Positions 21,265 through 31,397 are shown, counted from the first letter of the stretch. The stretch: DNA of 64,000 nucleotides from Chloroflexota bacterium (GCA_022820025.1 JAJEGF010000025.1:145522-209521); one strand, 5' to 3'. Numbers and translations are program-made. Notes: generated by a model from the sequence alone, not told the origin.

Positions 21265-23064
21265 TCAGCCGGCGCTGGCCGCCTGACGCACACGCCGCCA
21301 CACGCGGTCCACGAATGCGCGCGACAGGTCGGGATCCCACGCAATCGCGTCCGGATCATCGGCATGCGTATGCAGCCAGGCGGTCACGATGTGCCGTTCG
21401 TGGTCGCTCGTGTCGGCGCCCGGCGCCTCCGCACGATCAAGGCGTTGCAGAGCGGCGCGCAGCGCAGGCCGGCGCGGGCGGGCGACTGACTCGATCGCGG
21501 CAATAGCGCCGTTCTCTATCCGAACGAGTTCTGCATCTCCCGGCGTGGCGCCCGGTGAAATCGCCAGCACGGGTGCGGCGCCGAGACCACCGCGCAGCGG
21601 GTGCCGTAAGACGCGCGCGCGCCGAATGCGGCGGGCAAACGCTTCGCCCTCAGCGGCCTCGGCGGCATCCACGATTCGCAAAGCCGCCTCGCGGCCCACA
21701 CCCAGGAAGGCAACCGCCGCGTCGCGCCGCCACGCGGGAACTTGCTTGTCGACGCTGCGTCGCGAGGGCAGTTCAAAGATTCGCCGGGCCGCGTCGCTTG
21801 CCAGCCTCGCGTCCCTCGAAGTCGGGAACGGCCCCAGGTAGTCGGCTCCATCGTCCCGTGGAACCGCGGCCGCATGCGTCACCGCGGACTCGGCGGGCCC
21901 GACTCGAACGAACCGCCGACCGATTCGCCAGCGCCGATTCCGGTTATATGTCGGGGATAGCGTGGTGATCAGCTCGGCTTCACGCACCAGGGCGCGCAGT
22001 TCCGAGCCGGTGGGCTCCCACTCGATGGCGTCGATCTGCGCCAGCATCCCGTCACGACGCCGAACGAATCCAGCCGAGTCGGTGAAGTGGCTGCGAACGC
22101 GCCGTTGCAGGGACGTGGATTTGCCGATATACAGCGGCCGGTTTGCCGAGTCGCGAAAGATGTAGACCCCGGGCGATGGCGGCAGATTGCGCGAGGCCCA
22201 GCGAGCCAGTTGCCGAGCCCGTCGCGGGTGGCGGCCTTCGGGCCCGGCTCTCGCCGCGAGTTGTCGCAGGTCGCCGAGGGTTCGGACGTCCCGTTGGGCT
22301 GCGCGGTCCAGCAAATACTCGAGCAACTTCGCGGTGACCCCAGCGTCGTCAAGCGCGCGGTGCGTAGGCGAGTCGGATATCTCGGCCGACTCCAGCACCG
22401 TGGCCAGCCCTGTGCCCGGCAGATCGGTCATCAACGCCGCGCTCAGCTCCATGGTGTCCAGGCCGTCGCCGGGGAATAGCGCGCGTCGCGACCACACGGC
22501 CTCCCGGTTCAGGTAGCCGAGGTCCGTGGGCAGATTGTGTGCCACCAGCACTCCGCCGGTCTGGAACTCACGGAACTCATCCAGCACCGTCTCGATGGGC
22601 GGCGCGCCGACCAGCATCTCGTCTGTGATGCCCGTATAACGCGTCACGAACTTGGAGACCCGTCCGGGCACATGCACCAGCGAGGCATAGCGTGAAATCT
22701 CCTGGCCCGCCCGCAGACGCAACGCCCCGACTTCAAGGATCCGGTGCCGACCGCCGCGCCCGCCGTTGGTTTCGATGTCGAACACGACGAACTCGGTGTC
22801 ATCGATGGCATCGGAGCGCTGCGACCAGGCCGCCAGTCCCCAGTGCCCCGCGGCGACCGTTGCCAGACGATCGTCGGCTTCCAGCAGCGGCGACAGGATG
22901 CGCGAACCAATGTGGGCGCCGCCGGCCTGCACGTGCAGGACCGCACGCACCAGCTGCTGCAAGGACATGGGTCGCCCTGCATCTTCCAGCGTCGATACCG
23001 CCGCCTCAACCAGGACGCTGCGCCGGCCCGGCGCGGCCTCGTCGGCAGCCGTGTCCTCGCTCAC
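21265..23064 (-). CDS. HARE-HTH + DnaQ-like DEDDh exonuclease + UvrC-like GIY-YIG nuclease
   Basis: GHWGLAAW, VFDIET, HNLPTD, HRALDDA, GVYIFRD...LYIGKS...RVRSHF; GTG start overlaps upstream TGA. Confidence 0.85.
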   Translation of the reverse strand: MSEDTAADEAAPGRRSVLVEAAVSTLEDAGRPMSLQQLVRAVLHVQAGGAHIGSRILSPLLEADDRLATVAAGHWGLAAWSQRSDAIDDTEFVVFDIETNGGRGGRHRILEVGALRLRAGQEISRYASLVHVPGRVSKFVTRYTGITDEMLVGAPPIETVLDEFREFQTGGVLVAHNLPTDLGYLNREAVWSRRALFPGDGLDTMELSAALMTDLPGTGLATVLESAEISDSPTHRALDDAGVTAKLLEYLLDRAAQRDVRTLGDLRQLAARAGPEGRHPRRARQLARWASRNLPPSPGVYIFRDSANRPLYIGKSTSLQRRVRSHFTDSAGFVRRRDGMLAQIDAIEWEPTGSELRALVREAELITTLSPTYNRNRRWRIGRRFVRVGPAESAVTHAAAVPRDDGADYLGPFPTSRDARLASDAARRIFELPSRRSVDKQVPAWRRDAAVAFLGVGREAALRIVDAAEAAEGEAFARRIRRARVLRHPLRGGLGAAPVLAISPGATPGDAELVRIENGAIAAIESVARPRRPALRAALQRLDRAEAPGADTSDHERHIVTAWLHTHADDPDAIAWDPDLSRAFVDRVWRRVRQAASAG

Positions 23065-23471
23065 TCGTCGGTGGAGCGGCCGCCGAACACCAGCGACCCG
23101 AAGGCGCCGACCGCCGCCACGATCACGGTCCCAAGCAGGGCGGTGCCCAGGTCCATGATCGTGAAGTCGTCGACCAACATCGTCGCGCCCCAAAACACCA
23201 GCGCGCTAATGACGAAGTGTGAGAGCCCAAACGTCAGCAGCTTCAACAGACAGCTGATCGGTTTGAGAACCAGTTCCAACGCCGGGCGTACATACGAGTT
23301 CAGAATGGCCAGCGCCACGGCGAGTCCGAAGATTGCTAGCCAAAAGCGGTCGCTGCCTCGCTCCGGCAGCACGATGCCGTTCTCCAGCAGTTGCGTCACC
23401 GCCAGGACCGCAAAGAAATTCGTGACAAGCCGGGCCAGCAGGAAGCTGATTTCTCGACTAAGCCAGCCCAT
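23061..23471 (-). CDS. 4-TM membrane protein of the YvlD / so-called phage holin family
   Basis: LNSYVRPALELVLKPISCLLKLLTFGL pattern, 4 TM. Confidence 0.75.
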   Translation of the reverse strand: MGWLSREISFLLARLVTNFFAVLAVTQLLENGIVLPERGSDRFWLAIFGLAVALAILNSYVRPALELVLKPISCLLKLLTFGLSHFVISALVFWGATMLVDDFTIMDLGTALLGTVIVAAVGAFGSLVFGGRSTDE

Positions 23472-23608
23472 GTCCTATAAGCCGATGCCGTCGATGACTT
23501 TGGGCGCCCTGCTGGGAGACGGGTTGTTCAATGAGCGGGTGAGGGGTGGCAGGGCGAGGCTCTTCACCCACAACCTCCCTCGACCAACCGGGCCCGCGAC
23601 AGTTAAGG

Positions 23609-24508
23609 CTAACCCGCGTCCGGCTCCGTCACTTCCACGCCGACGATTGTCTCCAGGCGCTTGAACGTGGCGGCGGCGTCCAGGTCGCCCCAGCCCATCG
23701 ACCGAATCTCCTGGTAGATCGCGTCCGCCTGGGCCGTGGCCACCAATGGCACGCCGCTCTGGCGACCCACGTCCAGCGCCAGGCCCAGGTCTTTCAGCAG
23801 CAGGTCCACGGCAAAGTTGGCGCTGTAGTCCTGCGGAAGAACCAGGTTCGGGATGTCCACTTCCATGCAGCGGCTGGCGGCGAACGCGCCCATCAGCGTT
23901 TCGTAGAGCTGCCGCGGATTCAGTCCGTTCTTGACCGCCAGCACAAAGGCCTCGGCGTTGGCCTGGCGGACGCTGGCGATGATCATCTGGTTGGTCAGCT
24001 TGGCAATGCAGCCGGTGCCCGCGGGACCGAAGTGCTCGATCTTGCCGCCGATGATGTCCAGGATTTCGCTGCCCTGCGCGAACGACTCTTCGGTGCCACC
24101 AACGAACACTGCGAGCGTCCCGGCCTGGGCGCCGCCCGGTCCGCCGCTAACCGGCGCGTCCAGGTAATTCACGCCCTTGGCGGCCGCGGCCTCGGCGCAG
24201 GTTCGGGCGGTGTCCGGGCCGTTGGTGCCGAAGTCGATCCACAACTGCCCCTCGCGGGCGCTTTCAATCGCGCCATCCGCGCCCAGGAGGAGTTCCAGCG
24301 AAATCTCAGGCGTCGGCACGTTCACGCACACCACGTCCGACTGCGCCGCCACCTCGGCCGCCGAACTGGCGGCCACGCCGCCGTCGGCCACGAAGTCGTC
24401 CACCTTGCCGCGGCTGCGGTTGTGCACGATCAGGTCGTGCCCCGCCGCGCGCAGGTTGACCGCCATGGGCATGCCCATTTTTCCGAGCCCGATGTAACCG
24501 ATTCGCAT
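23609..24508 (-). CDS. NAD(P)-dependent beta-hydroxyacid dehydrogenase, paralog of 366-1259
   Basis: IGYIGLGKMG, LDAPVSGG, AKLTNQ. Confidence 0.9.
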   Translation of the reverse strand: MRIGYIGLGKMGMPMAVNLRAAGHDLIVHNRSRGKVDDFVADGGVAASSAAEVAAQSDVVCVNVPTPEISLELLLGADGAIESAREGQLWIDFGTNGPDTARTCAEAAAAKGVNYLDAPVSGGPGGAQAGTLAVFVGGTEESFAQGSEILDIIGGKIEHFGPAGTGCIAKLTNQMIIASVRQANAEAFVLAVKNGLNPRQLYETLMGAFAASRCMEVDIPNLVLPQDYSANFAVDLLLKDLGLALDVGRQSGVPLVATAQADAIYQEIRSMGWGDLDAAATFKRLETIVGVEVTEPDAG

Positions 24509-24540
24509 GTTGGCGTGCTCCCTCGCTGCCCTGCCCGGCG

Positions 24541-25443
24541 CTAGACCTGCGCCCAGGCGAGTTGGAACGTGCGCTTGCAGTTGCCGATTATCGCCGCTGC
24601 CGACTGGTCCGGGGCCGGCTTCATCTCGAACGAGACGAGCGGCATGGGCGTCGGCAGGTCGCGCTCAAAGTACCCAATCTCCATCAGCGTCTTCAGGTAC
24701 GCCGCCAATTCCGGCACATCGTTTTCGCCCGCCGGGTCCCCGAACACCGGATGCTGGTCGCCGTACTGAGGGTGGTTGCGGTCGCGCATGACGCAGTTGC
24801 CGATGTGCGCCTGGATCAGGTGCTCGCCGGCGGCCCGCAACGAGGTCGGCGGATCCTCGTCCAGCAGTGGCAGGTGGCTCAGGTCCAGGCATAGCCCGAA
24901 ATTCGGGGTGGACGCGCGCACCATCTCGCTGACGCGCACGCACAGGTCGATCGGCCCCAGCAACGAGTTCTTCTCAATGGCTCGGTCGAACTGCTCCAGC
25001 GCGATCCAGATGTCTTGCCGCCCCGCGTAGTCGCATAGTTCCGTCAGCGACTCCACGACGCTCGCCACTGCGGCTTCCTCGCCGCCTGGCGCCGGCGCCG
25101 AGTTTGGCCCGTCCAGCAGCGTCACCATCGTGATGCCCAATTCGGCCGCCTGGTCGATGGCGCCCTTGACCTGGGTCACCGCGTCGCCACGGGCGGCCGC
25201 GTCGGTCGAGGCCAGGTTCAGCCCGCCGCTCAGGATCAGCGGATGCGCCCCGTAGCCCAGCGTCAGGTGCGCGGATTCGGCCAGCCGGCGCATGGCGGCA
25301 CGCTCCGACGGATCGTTGATGTGTGCGATCTCCAGCGCATGAAAGAACCCGTCCGCCGCCAACGCCTCGGCGGCTTCCACGGCGGGTCCGTCGCCGCTCT
25401 GAAGGTCGGGGTGCAGCATGAACTGCACGATCCCGATGTGCAT
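24541..25443 (-). CDS. Sugar-phosphate isomerase/epimerase (xylose isomerase-like TIM barrel)
   Basis: IALEQFDR, LCLDLSH, QAHIGN, VSFEMK metal ligands. Confidence 0.85.
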   Translation of the reverse strand: MHIGIVQFMLHPDLQSGDGPAVEAAEALAADGFFHALEIAHINDPSERAAMRRLAESAHLTLGYGAHPLILSGGLNLASTDAAARGDAVTQVKGAIDQAAELGITMVTLLDGPNSAPAPGGEEAAVASVVESLTELCDYAGRQDIWIALEQFDRAIEKNSLLGPIDLCVRVSEMVRASTPNFGLCLDLSHLPLLDEDPPTSLRAAGEHLIQAHIGNCVMRDRNHPQYGDQHPVFGDPAGENDVPELAAYLKTLMEIGYFERDLPTPMPLVSFEMKPAPDQSAAAIIGNCKRTFQLAWAQV

Positions 25444-25561
25444 GTAGGCCTCGGGCGGTCGATTCACGGCGGCAAACCTCACTCAGGCGGACGGGCGCGC
25501 GGCAACCCTATGGTGACGCGAGCCCGCTGGGCGTGTCGAACAAATCCCTTGGCGACGGCGC

Positions 25562-26485
25562 TCAGACGCCAACCGCCGCCGGCTCGTACTCCGGCAGGTA
25601 TTCCTTCACGGCCTCAAACGCTGCGGCAATGGCCGTGTCATCCAGCGAGGTCTTCGGCGGCGCCACCCAGGGCTCCATGATCCCCAGCCGGTTTAATACA
25701 CCCTTGGCCGTGGCCTGCAGGAATGGCGAATGGCCGGACAGTGCTCGCATGAACTCGTTCTGCCGGTTCTGGGCGGCCGCCGCGGCCTCCAGGTCCCCGT
25801 CGCACCAGGCGTTGTAGATGGCGCAGACGAGCTGCGGCGCCACGTTCGGCGCGGGACCGGTGGTGCCGGCGGCGCCCGAGTTGAGCGCGTGCAGCAGCGT
25901 CGCGTCGCCGCCCACGATCACGCGGAAGTCGTCCCCGCGCATCGCGTCCAGGTAATCCAGCAGGTTCTGCGGGCTGCCCGAACTGTCCTTGGTGCCCTGC
26001 ACGCCAACATCCCGCAGGCGCAGCAGCGTGGCCGCGTCCACCGACACCTTGGTCATTCCGGGAATGTTGTACAGCAGCACCGGCACCGGAGATGCCGCCA
26101 CGAGGTCCTCGAAGTAGCGAACCACCTCGTCGTCGCTCATCGGGAAATAGAACGGCGGGTTGACCAGCAAGCCGTCGGCCCCCAAGTCGCCGGCCTGCAC
26201 CGCCTGGCGATGCGTGCGTTCCACGCACGGCTGACCGCAAGCCACGATCACGGGAACCTCGCCGTCGGCTTCCTCCACCCCTGCGCTGATCGCCACCGCG
26301 CGCTCGTCGTCGTCGATGGCCGCGAACTCGCCCGTCGTGCCCAGGATCACGTAGCCGTGACAGCCCGCGTCCAGAACCCGTCGCGCCAGCCGACGCATGG
26401 CGGGACCGTCCACCGCCAGGTCCGCGGTCAACGGCGTGAGCAAAGCTGGAATCACGCCGTGCAGGCGTTCCTGGAATCGAGTCAT
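25562..26485 (-). CDS. DapA/NanA-family class I aldolase
   Basis: LGTTGE, LLYNIP, GTKDSSG. Confidence 0.9.
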   Translation of the reverse strand: MTRFQERLHGVIPALLTPLTADLAVDGPAMRRLARRVLDAGCHGYVILGTTGEFAAIDDDERAVAISAGVEEADGEVPVIVACGQPCVERTHRQAVQAGDLGADGLLVNPPFYFPMSDDEVVRYFEDLVAASPVPVLLYNIPGMTKVSVDAATLLRLRDVGVQGTKDSSGSPQNLLDYLDAMRGDDFRVIVGGDATLLHALNSGAAGTTGPAPNVAPQLVCAIYNAWCDGDLEAAAAAQNRQNEFMRALSGHSPFLQATAKGVLNRLGIMEPWVAPPKTSLDDTAIAAAFEAVKEYLPEYEPAAVGV

Positions 26486-26536
26486 GGTCTGGGCGCCCCA
26501 GTCAGGTCAGCGACTCGAAGTATAGGGGCCGCTGCC

Positions 26537-27310
26537 TCAGACGTTCGCGCGCGTCTGCCCGCCGTCCACATTCAGGCAGGCCCCCGTCACCAGGCTGGCC
26601 TGGTCCGACGCCAGGAACGCCACCACGGCCGCAACTTCCTCGGGGTGCCCGAAGCGTCCCATCGGAAAGTCCTGCCGCAGGAACTCCGCCATTCCCTCCG
26701 GATCCGCCTGCATCCGCTGTTCCCAGCCGCCGCCCGGAAAGATGATCGACCCGGGCGCCACCGCGTTCACCGTGATCCCCTCCGGCGCCAGCTCGCGCGC
26801 CATGGTCTTGGACAGGCTGTTCATGGCCGACTTGGCCGCGTTGTAGGTCGGCGGACCCCCCTGCTCGCGCCCGTAGATCGACGTGATGTGAATAATCCGC
26901 CCGCCGCCCTGCGCCCGCATGTGCGGCAGGGCCGCGCGGCTGGTCCGGATGGCCGGCCACAGGTTCACGTCCATCGTCGCGGCCCAGTCGTCATCGGTCG
27001 CTTCCTGGAAAGTCCCACCACCCGTCGATCCGCCCACGTTGTTCACCAGCACGTCCAGCCGTCCAAACGCTCCAACGGTCTGTTCGACCGCCTGCGCGGA
27101 CGCCGATTCCTGGGCCATGTCCAGCTCGAACCCCGCCCCCCGCACGCCCGCCGCCTCGATCTCTCCCACCGTCTGCTCCAGTCGTTCTCGGCCCCGCGCC
27201 GTAATCGCCACATCGCATCCTTCCGCCGCCAACGCCAACCCAATCGACCGCCCAATCCCGCGGCTCCCCCCGGTCACCAACGCAACCTTCCCGCGCAGTC
27301 CTAGATCCAT
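26537..27310 (-). CDS. Short-chain dehydrogenase/reductase
   Basis: TGGSRGIG, VNNVG, YNAAK, VNAVAPG; AGGAGG RBS. Confidence 0.93.
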   Translation of the reverse strand: MDLGLRGKVALVTGGSRGIGRSIGLALAAEGCDVAITARGRERLEQTVGEIEAAGVRGAGFELDMAQESASAQAVEQTVGAFGRLDVLVNNVGGSTGGGTFQEATDDDWAATMDVNLWPAIRTSRAALPHMRAQGGGRIIHITSIYGREQGGPPTYNAAKSAMNSLSKTMARELAPEGITVNAVAPGSIIFPGGGWEQRMQADPEGMAEFLRQDFPMGRFGHPEEVAAVVAFLASDQASLVTGACLNVDGGQTRANV

Positions 27311-27361
27311 ACGTGCACTCCTCCTATGACGGGCAATCCGTGTCGGACTGCCGGCCCGGTC

Positions 27362-28159
27362 CTATTCCGCGAGCCGCTGTCGATACCTGCCCAAATCCTC
27401 GTCGGTCACCGCATCCGGCGGTACCAGCTGATAGTGCTTCTCGGCAGCGATACGAATGTCGTCGCCGACCTGATCGAATTCGAAGAGGGCAATCACATCG
27501 TCCACCAGGAATTGCGCACCAACTGGCCGACAGATCAGCGAAGGAAGCTTGGATTCACATACAGCAAAGTCCTGCTCAATTTGGACTCTGCTGAGTCTGT
27601 CCGACCCTCCCTTGGCTTGGACAGGGACCGCATAGTGCGCGCCTCGCTTGTCCACCCCGATGTATATCTCATCAGTTTCGACCTGTCCCATCTCAGGCGC
27701 GGTCGTGCGTAAGTGATTCTGAAGCGAATAGCAGGCAACGCCGAGAAACACGTCGACCAACCTGTTATAGCGAACGCGGGCCAGCAAAGCCTGTTCATCA
27801 CTGAACGCGTACTTGGCAATGATCCCTGGCGTGGAGTCGGGAATCTTGGTGACGGCGAGGTTTGGATTCGGTTTCAGGGGAATGTCGCTGACCAGAACGA
27901 AGCGGTACTTTCCCCGACCTGCGGGTCTGATGATCCAGGTTTCCTCGCTCGGCGCGGCATCCAGAATGCTGCGCGGAAGATTCATCCTGTAGCGGAAGCT
28001 GTAGATCAAGTCGCCTAGATTTCTTGGAAGATCAATGCCAAGCCTTGCTGCGACAGCGATGATGTCCTCACGCTCGAAGTCAACCGCACGGTCACCGGCA
28101 ACGTATTTGGAGCCGAAAATCTCCTCAATGATGGCGACATAGCGGTTGCTGGAAGGAAT
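27362..28159 (-). CDS. Putative type II restriction endonuclease (PD-(D/E)XK); start probably ATT at 28159
   Basis: VETDEIY...VQAKGG nuclease motif; frame open 50 codons upstream of the tracked TTG with no ATG/GTG/TTG; adjacent to MTase. Confidence 0.7.
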   Translation of the reverse strand: MPSSNRYVAIIEEIFGSKYVAGDRAVDFEREDIIAVAARLGIDLPRNLGDLIYSFRYRMNLPRSILDAAPSEETWIIRPAGRGKYRFVLVSDIPLKPNPNLAVTKIPDSTPGIIAKYAFSDEQALLARVRYNRLVDVFLGVACYSLQNHLRTTAPEMGQVETDEIYIGVDKRGAHYAVPVQAKGGSDRLSRVQIEQDFAVCESKLPSLICRPVGAQFLVDDVIALFEFDQVGDDIRIAAEKHYQLVPPDAVTDEDLGRYRQRLAE

Positions 28160-28177
28160 GGCTGAGTCCTCTCCCCT

Positions 28178-29509
28178 TTAGCTCCCTGACCATTCCAGCA
28201 GTACGACTTCCTCCCGAAGCTGATCGCCCGTAACGGTCGAAGGCCTTGTTCGGAAGAGGTCGATGCCGGAAACCCGATAGCCCAGCGATTGGGCCAGGTC
28301 CGCAAGGATCTGTCCTGTGCGGATCATGACTCGCAGGTACGACGCCTGATCGCCGACCACATAGGCCAGCCTGGCGCCCGGCCGCAGCACCGGCCGCAGG
28401 CTGGCTAAGTGCCGCGCCATGCCGCCAAAGTAGAGTTGCGTGACTCGCGGATACAGGCGCTCGAAGCCGGACGTCTTGCCCAACTCGATCCGGCGTTGCT
28501 CGATCATCTCGGCGATGTTGCGAATCACCGCGTGGTCGGCCACCGCCTGATCGTCTGTATCGGCCTTGTAAACACCCCGGGTGTTTGACCGAACCAGACT
28601 TTGCTTGAGTTCGCGCAACTCGCGGCGATCACGGATCAGCCCGAGAATCACGGACTCAAGCCGCGTCGTTCGCGTGTAGTCCTTCTCGTTGGGATATGGC
28701 GGCGAGGTAATGACAGCGTCGATCGACTGGAGCTCCAAGACCTCATCGGCCTGCCGAGCGTCCGCCTTGAGTGCTCTGGCCGGAACGCTGGTCTGTCCTT
28801 GAACGGAACGTATGTCATCGGCCATTGCCCGCATGCCCTCAGTCCAGGACTCAATCGCGGGAGCGTCGTCCTTGATCTGGCCGACCCCGACTTCGGGACC
28901 GAACTTCAAGTTGCCGATGCGCCGTACCAGCGCGTTGGCAAGCGTCAGCCGCCCATACCGCTGCAAATGTCGGTTGCCGTGGCTCTCGATGGCCTCCAGC
29001 AGCACCAGCGTCTTGTGCAGCGGTAACGGACTTATCGAGTCTTTCAGCAACAGCCGTGTCTGTTCAGGAGAGAGCGCTCGCAACAGAACCTGTGAATCCT
29101 CGTTTCCGGCCAGGAGCGGTAGCCCCGCCCATTGATCCACGCTCCCGTCCTCGATGGTTTTGCGGGCTATCCCGGCCACTGCTCGCGCGTACACCTCAAG
29201 TTCCGAGGGTTCAACATTCCAGTCGACCTTCACCGCACTCGCGAAATGCGCCATCGGGTTTGGCTCGAGACCCACGCTCGGGATGCCGAGTTTCTTGCAC
29301 TCCACCAGGGTTGTTCCGGTTCCGCAGAACGGATCGAGCACCGTGCTGGATGAATTCAGGCCAAAGCGCTCGACGTAGGTCTGGACCAGGTGTGGCGGGA
29401 ATGACAGGACGAACCGGTACCAGTCATGCACCGCCCGGTCTTCATGCCTAACTCGGTTCTGGGCGATTCCGCCGGCAACTGTGGTGGGCGTCCCGACTGT
29501 CGCGGTCAT
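28178..29509 (-). CDS. Amino (probably N4-cytosine) DNA methyltransferase, alpha order
   Basis: DPFCGTGTT (motif I) precedes TSPPY (motif IV). Confidence 0.9.
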   Translation of the reverse strand: MTATVGTPTTVAGGIAQNRVRHEDRAVHDWYRFVLSFPPHLVQTYVERFGLNSSSTVLDPFCGTGTTLVECKKLGIPSVGLEPNPMAHFASAVKVDWNVEPSELEVYARAVAGIARKTIEDGSVDQWAGLPLLAGNEDSQVLLRALSPEQTRLLLKDSISPLPLHKTLVLLEAIESHGNRHLQRYGRLTLANALVRRIGNLKFGPEVGVGQIKDDAPAIESWTEGMRAMADDIRSVQGQTSVPARALKADARQADEVLELQSIDAVITSPPYPNEKDYTRTTRLESVILGLIRDRRELRELKQSLVRSNTRGVYKADTDDQAVADHAVIRNIAEMIEQRRIELGKTSGFERLYPRVTQLYFGGMARHLASLRPVLRPGARLAYVVGDQASYLRVMIRTGQILADLAQSLGYRVSGIDLFRTRPSTVTGDQLREEVVLLEWSGS

Positions 29510-29515
29510 TGCAAG

Positions 29516-31261
29516 CTAAGCCCCAGGCTTCCAGCGCCGCGGCTTCGGCTGGGCCAGCCAGTCCAGCAGGTCGTCCAGCGACAGCGCGTTGATCACATCC
29601 GCCGCGCGCAGCCAGGCCCGACGCGCCGTCAGCACCCCGTAGCGCATGTAGGCCAGGCTGTCGGGGTGATGGGCGTCGCTGTTGATCGAGATTGGGACGC
29701 CCAGTTCAGCGGCTCGCCGCGCGGTCGTGTCGTCAAGATCCAGCCGTTCCGGCGCCGCGTTGATCTCCAGCGCGGTGCCTGTGGCGGCCGCCGCCTTCAG
29801 CACAGCTTCCACGTCAAACGTATAGCCGTCGCGCAGCCCCAGCATGCGTCCGGTTGGGTGCCCAATGATGTCCACGTGCGGATTCTCGATCGCCGCGATC
29901 AGCCGCTCCGTCATTTGCTCGGGCGGCTGGTTGAAATTGCTGTGAATCGAGGCCACCACCACGTCCAGTGAAGCCAGGATCTCGTCGCTGAAATCCAGGC
30001 TGCCGTCGGTCAGGATTTCCACCTCGCTGCCATGCAGCACGCGCACGTCCTGCGACGCTCCCCGCTCCCGCGCGACTTCGTCGGTCTGCTCCGCCAGCCG
30101 CTCCGGGCTGAGCCCGTTGGCCACCAGCAGGCTGCCCGAGTGGTCAGTCACCGCAAAGTAGGCCAACCCGCGCCGCCTGGCGGCATGCACCATCTGCCTG
30201 ATTGACGCCGCCCCGTCGCTCCACAGCGAGTGCCCGTGCAACTCGCCCTTGATGTCGCCAAGCTCGATCAGGTCCGGCAGCGCCCTCGCCTCGGCCGCCT
30301 CGATCTCGCCCCGGTTCTCGCGCAGCGCCGGGTCGATCCACGGCAGCCCCACCGCCGTGTAAACGTCCTGCTCCGTCGCCGCCGGCCGCCGTTGCCCGGT
30401 TTCCGAGTCCAGGAACCCCCGCTCGTTCAGCGACAGCCCCCGCTGCAGCGCCCGCGCCCGTATCTCGATGTTGTGTTCCTTCGATCCCGTGAAATACGCC
30501 AGCGCCGCCCCGAACTCGTCCGGCGCAACCACCAACAAATCCACCTGGAACCCGCCGTTCACCAGTACGGCCGTCTTGGTCCCGCCGGTTCCTACCACCT
30601 CTTCCACGTCCTCGGCCGCGACGAAGTGCTCCATCACCGGTCCGGGTTCGTCGGCGGCTGCCAGGATGTCCAGGTCGCCGATGGTCTCCCGTCCGCGCCG
30701 CAGGCTGCCCGCGTACTGCACGGTCTGAACCCCCGGCGCCGCCTCCACATGCGCGATCAGCCGCTCCGCGATCGGCAGCACGTCGCCCAGCCGTCGCCGC
30801 GCAATCCGCTCTCGAAACCGGCCCAGTTCGCGCAACAGCCGCGCCTGGCGCTTGGCGCCAATAGTGCGGATACCGGCCAGCCGGCCTGCGCGGGCCGCTT
30901 CCTCCAGCGCGTCCACGCTGTCGATCCCGTGCTTGTTGTACAGCGTCGCGGCCGTCTTGGGACCCAGCCCTGGAATCAGCAGCATCTCGAAGACGCTGTC
31001 CGGAATCTCCGCCCGCATCTCCTCGTACTCGTCCACGCGGCCGTTCGCCACGAACTCGCCCAGCACCCCCGCGATGCCCTTGCCGATCCCCCGCACCTTG
31101 GAAATCTCGCCGCTCTCCACCAGCTCCGCCACGTCCGTGGTCAGCGAGTCCACCCGCCGCGCCGCATTCCGAAACGCCCGCACGCGGAACGTATTGGCCC
31201 CCCGAATCTCCAGCGCATCGGCAAAGCCCTCCAGCAGCTCGGCGGCAGCCTTATTCAGCAT
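29516..31261 (-). CDS. polX: DNA polymerase X with C-terminal PHP domain
   Basis: GSLRRGRETIGDLD, VDL, YFTGSKEHN; PHP motifs HGHS, TDHS, GHPTGR, NSDAH. Confidence 0.95.
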   Translation of the reverse strand: MLNKAAAELLEGFADALEIRGANTFRVRAFRNAARRVDSLTTDVAELVESGEISKVRGIGKGIAGVLGEFVANGRVDEYEEMRAEIPDSVFEMLLIPGLGPKTAATLYNKHGIDSVDALEEAARAGRLAGIRTIGAKRQARLLRELGRFRERIARRRLGDVLPIAERLIAHVEAAPGVQTVQYAGSLRRGRETIGDLDILAAADEPGPVMEHFVAAEDVEEVVGTGGTKTAVLVNGGFQVDLLVVAPDEFGAALAYFTGSKEHNIEIRARALQRGLSLNERGFLDSETGQRRPAATEQDVYTAVGLPWIDPALRENRGEIEAAEARALPDLIELGDIKGELHGHSLWSDGAASIRQMVHAARRRGLAYFAVTDHSGSLLVANGLSPERLAEQTDEVARERGASQDVRVLHGSEVEILTDGSLDFSDEILASLDVVVASIHSNFNQPPEQMTERLIAAIENPHVDIIGHPTGRMLGLRDGYTFDVEAVLKAAAATGTALEINAAPERLDLDDTTARRAAELGVPISINSDAHHPDSLAYMRYGVLTARRAWLRAADVINALSLDDLLDWLAQPKPRRWKPGA

Positions 31262-31397
31262 CGCTTGAGACTCCCAGGGCGTGTGGGCACTCCGCATTGT
31301 GTCCCATTCGGCAGGATTGTCTCGTGCAGTCGTCGGAGCCACTCGTCCGACGAGGTGCGGAAGTCGTGATGCCTCATCGGCATAGCAGCGTTGCGGC

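Noticed and set aside
23061-23471. Prophage lysis gene
   Set aside because: The YvlD-type family is common in chromosomes; no endolysin, structural or integrase genes nearby
25730-27304. Long opposite-strand or alternate-frame ORFs (also 10921-11937, 33264-35063, 59740-61290, 62982-63974)
   Set aside because: Shadow ORFs of recognisable genes in high-GC DNA; Arg/Pro/Gly-rich with no motifs
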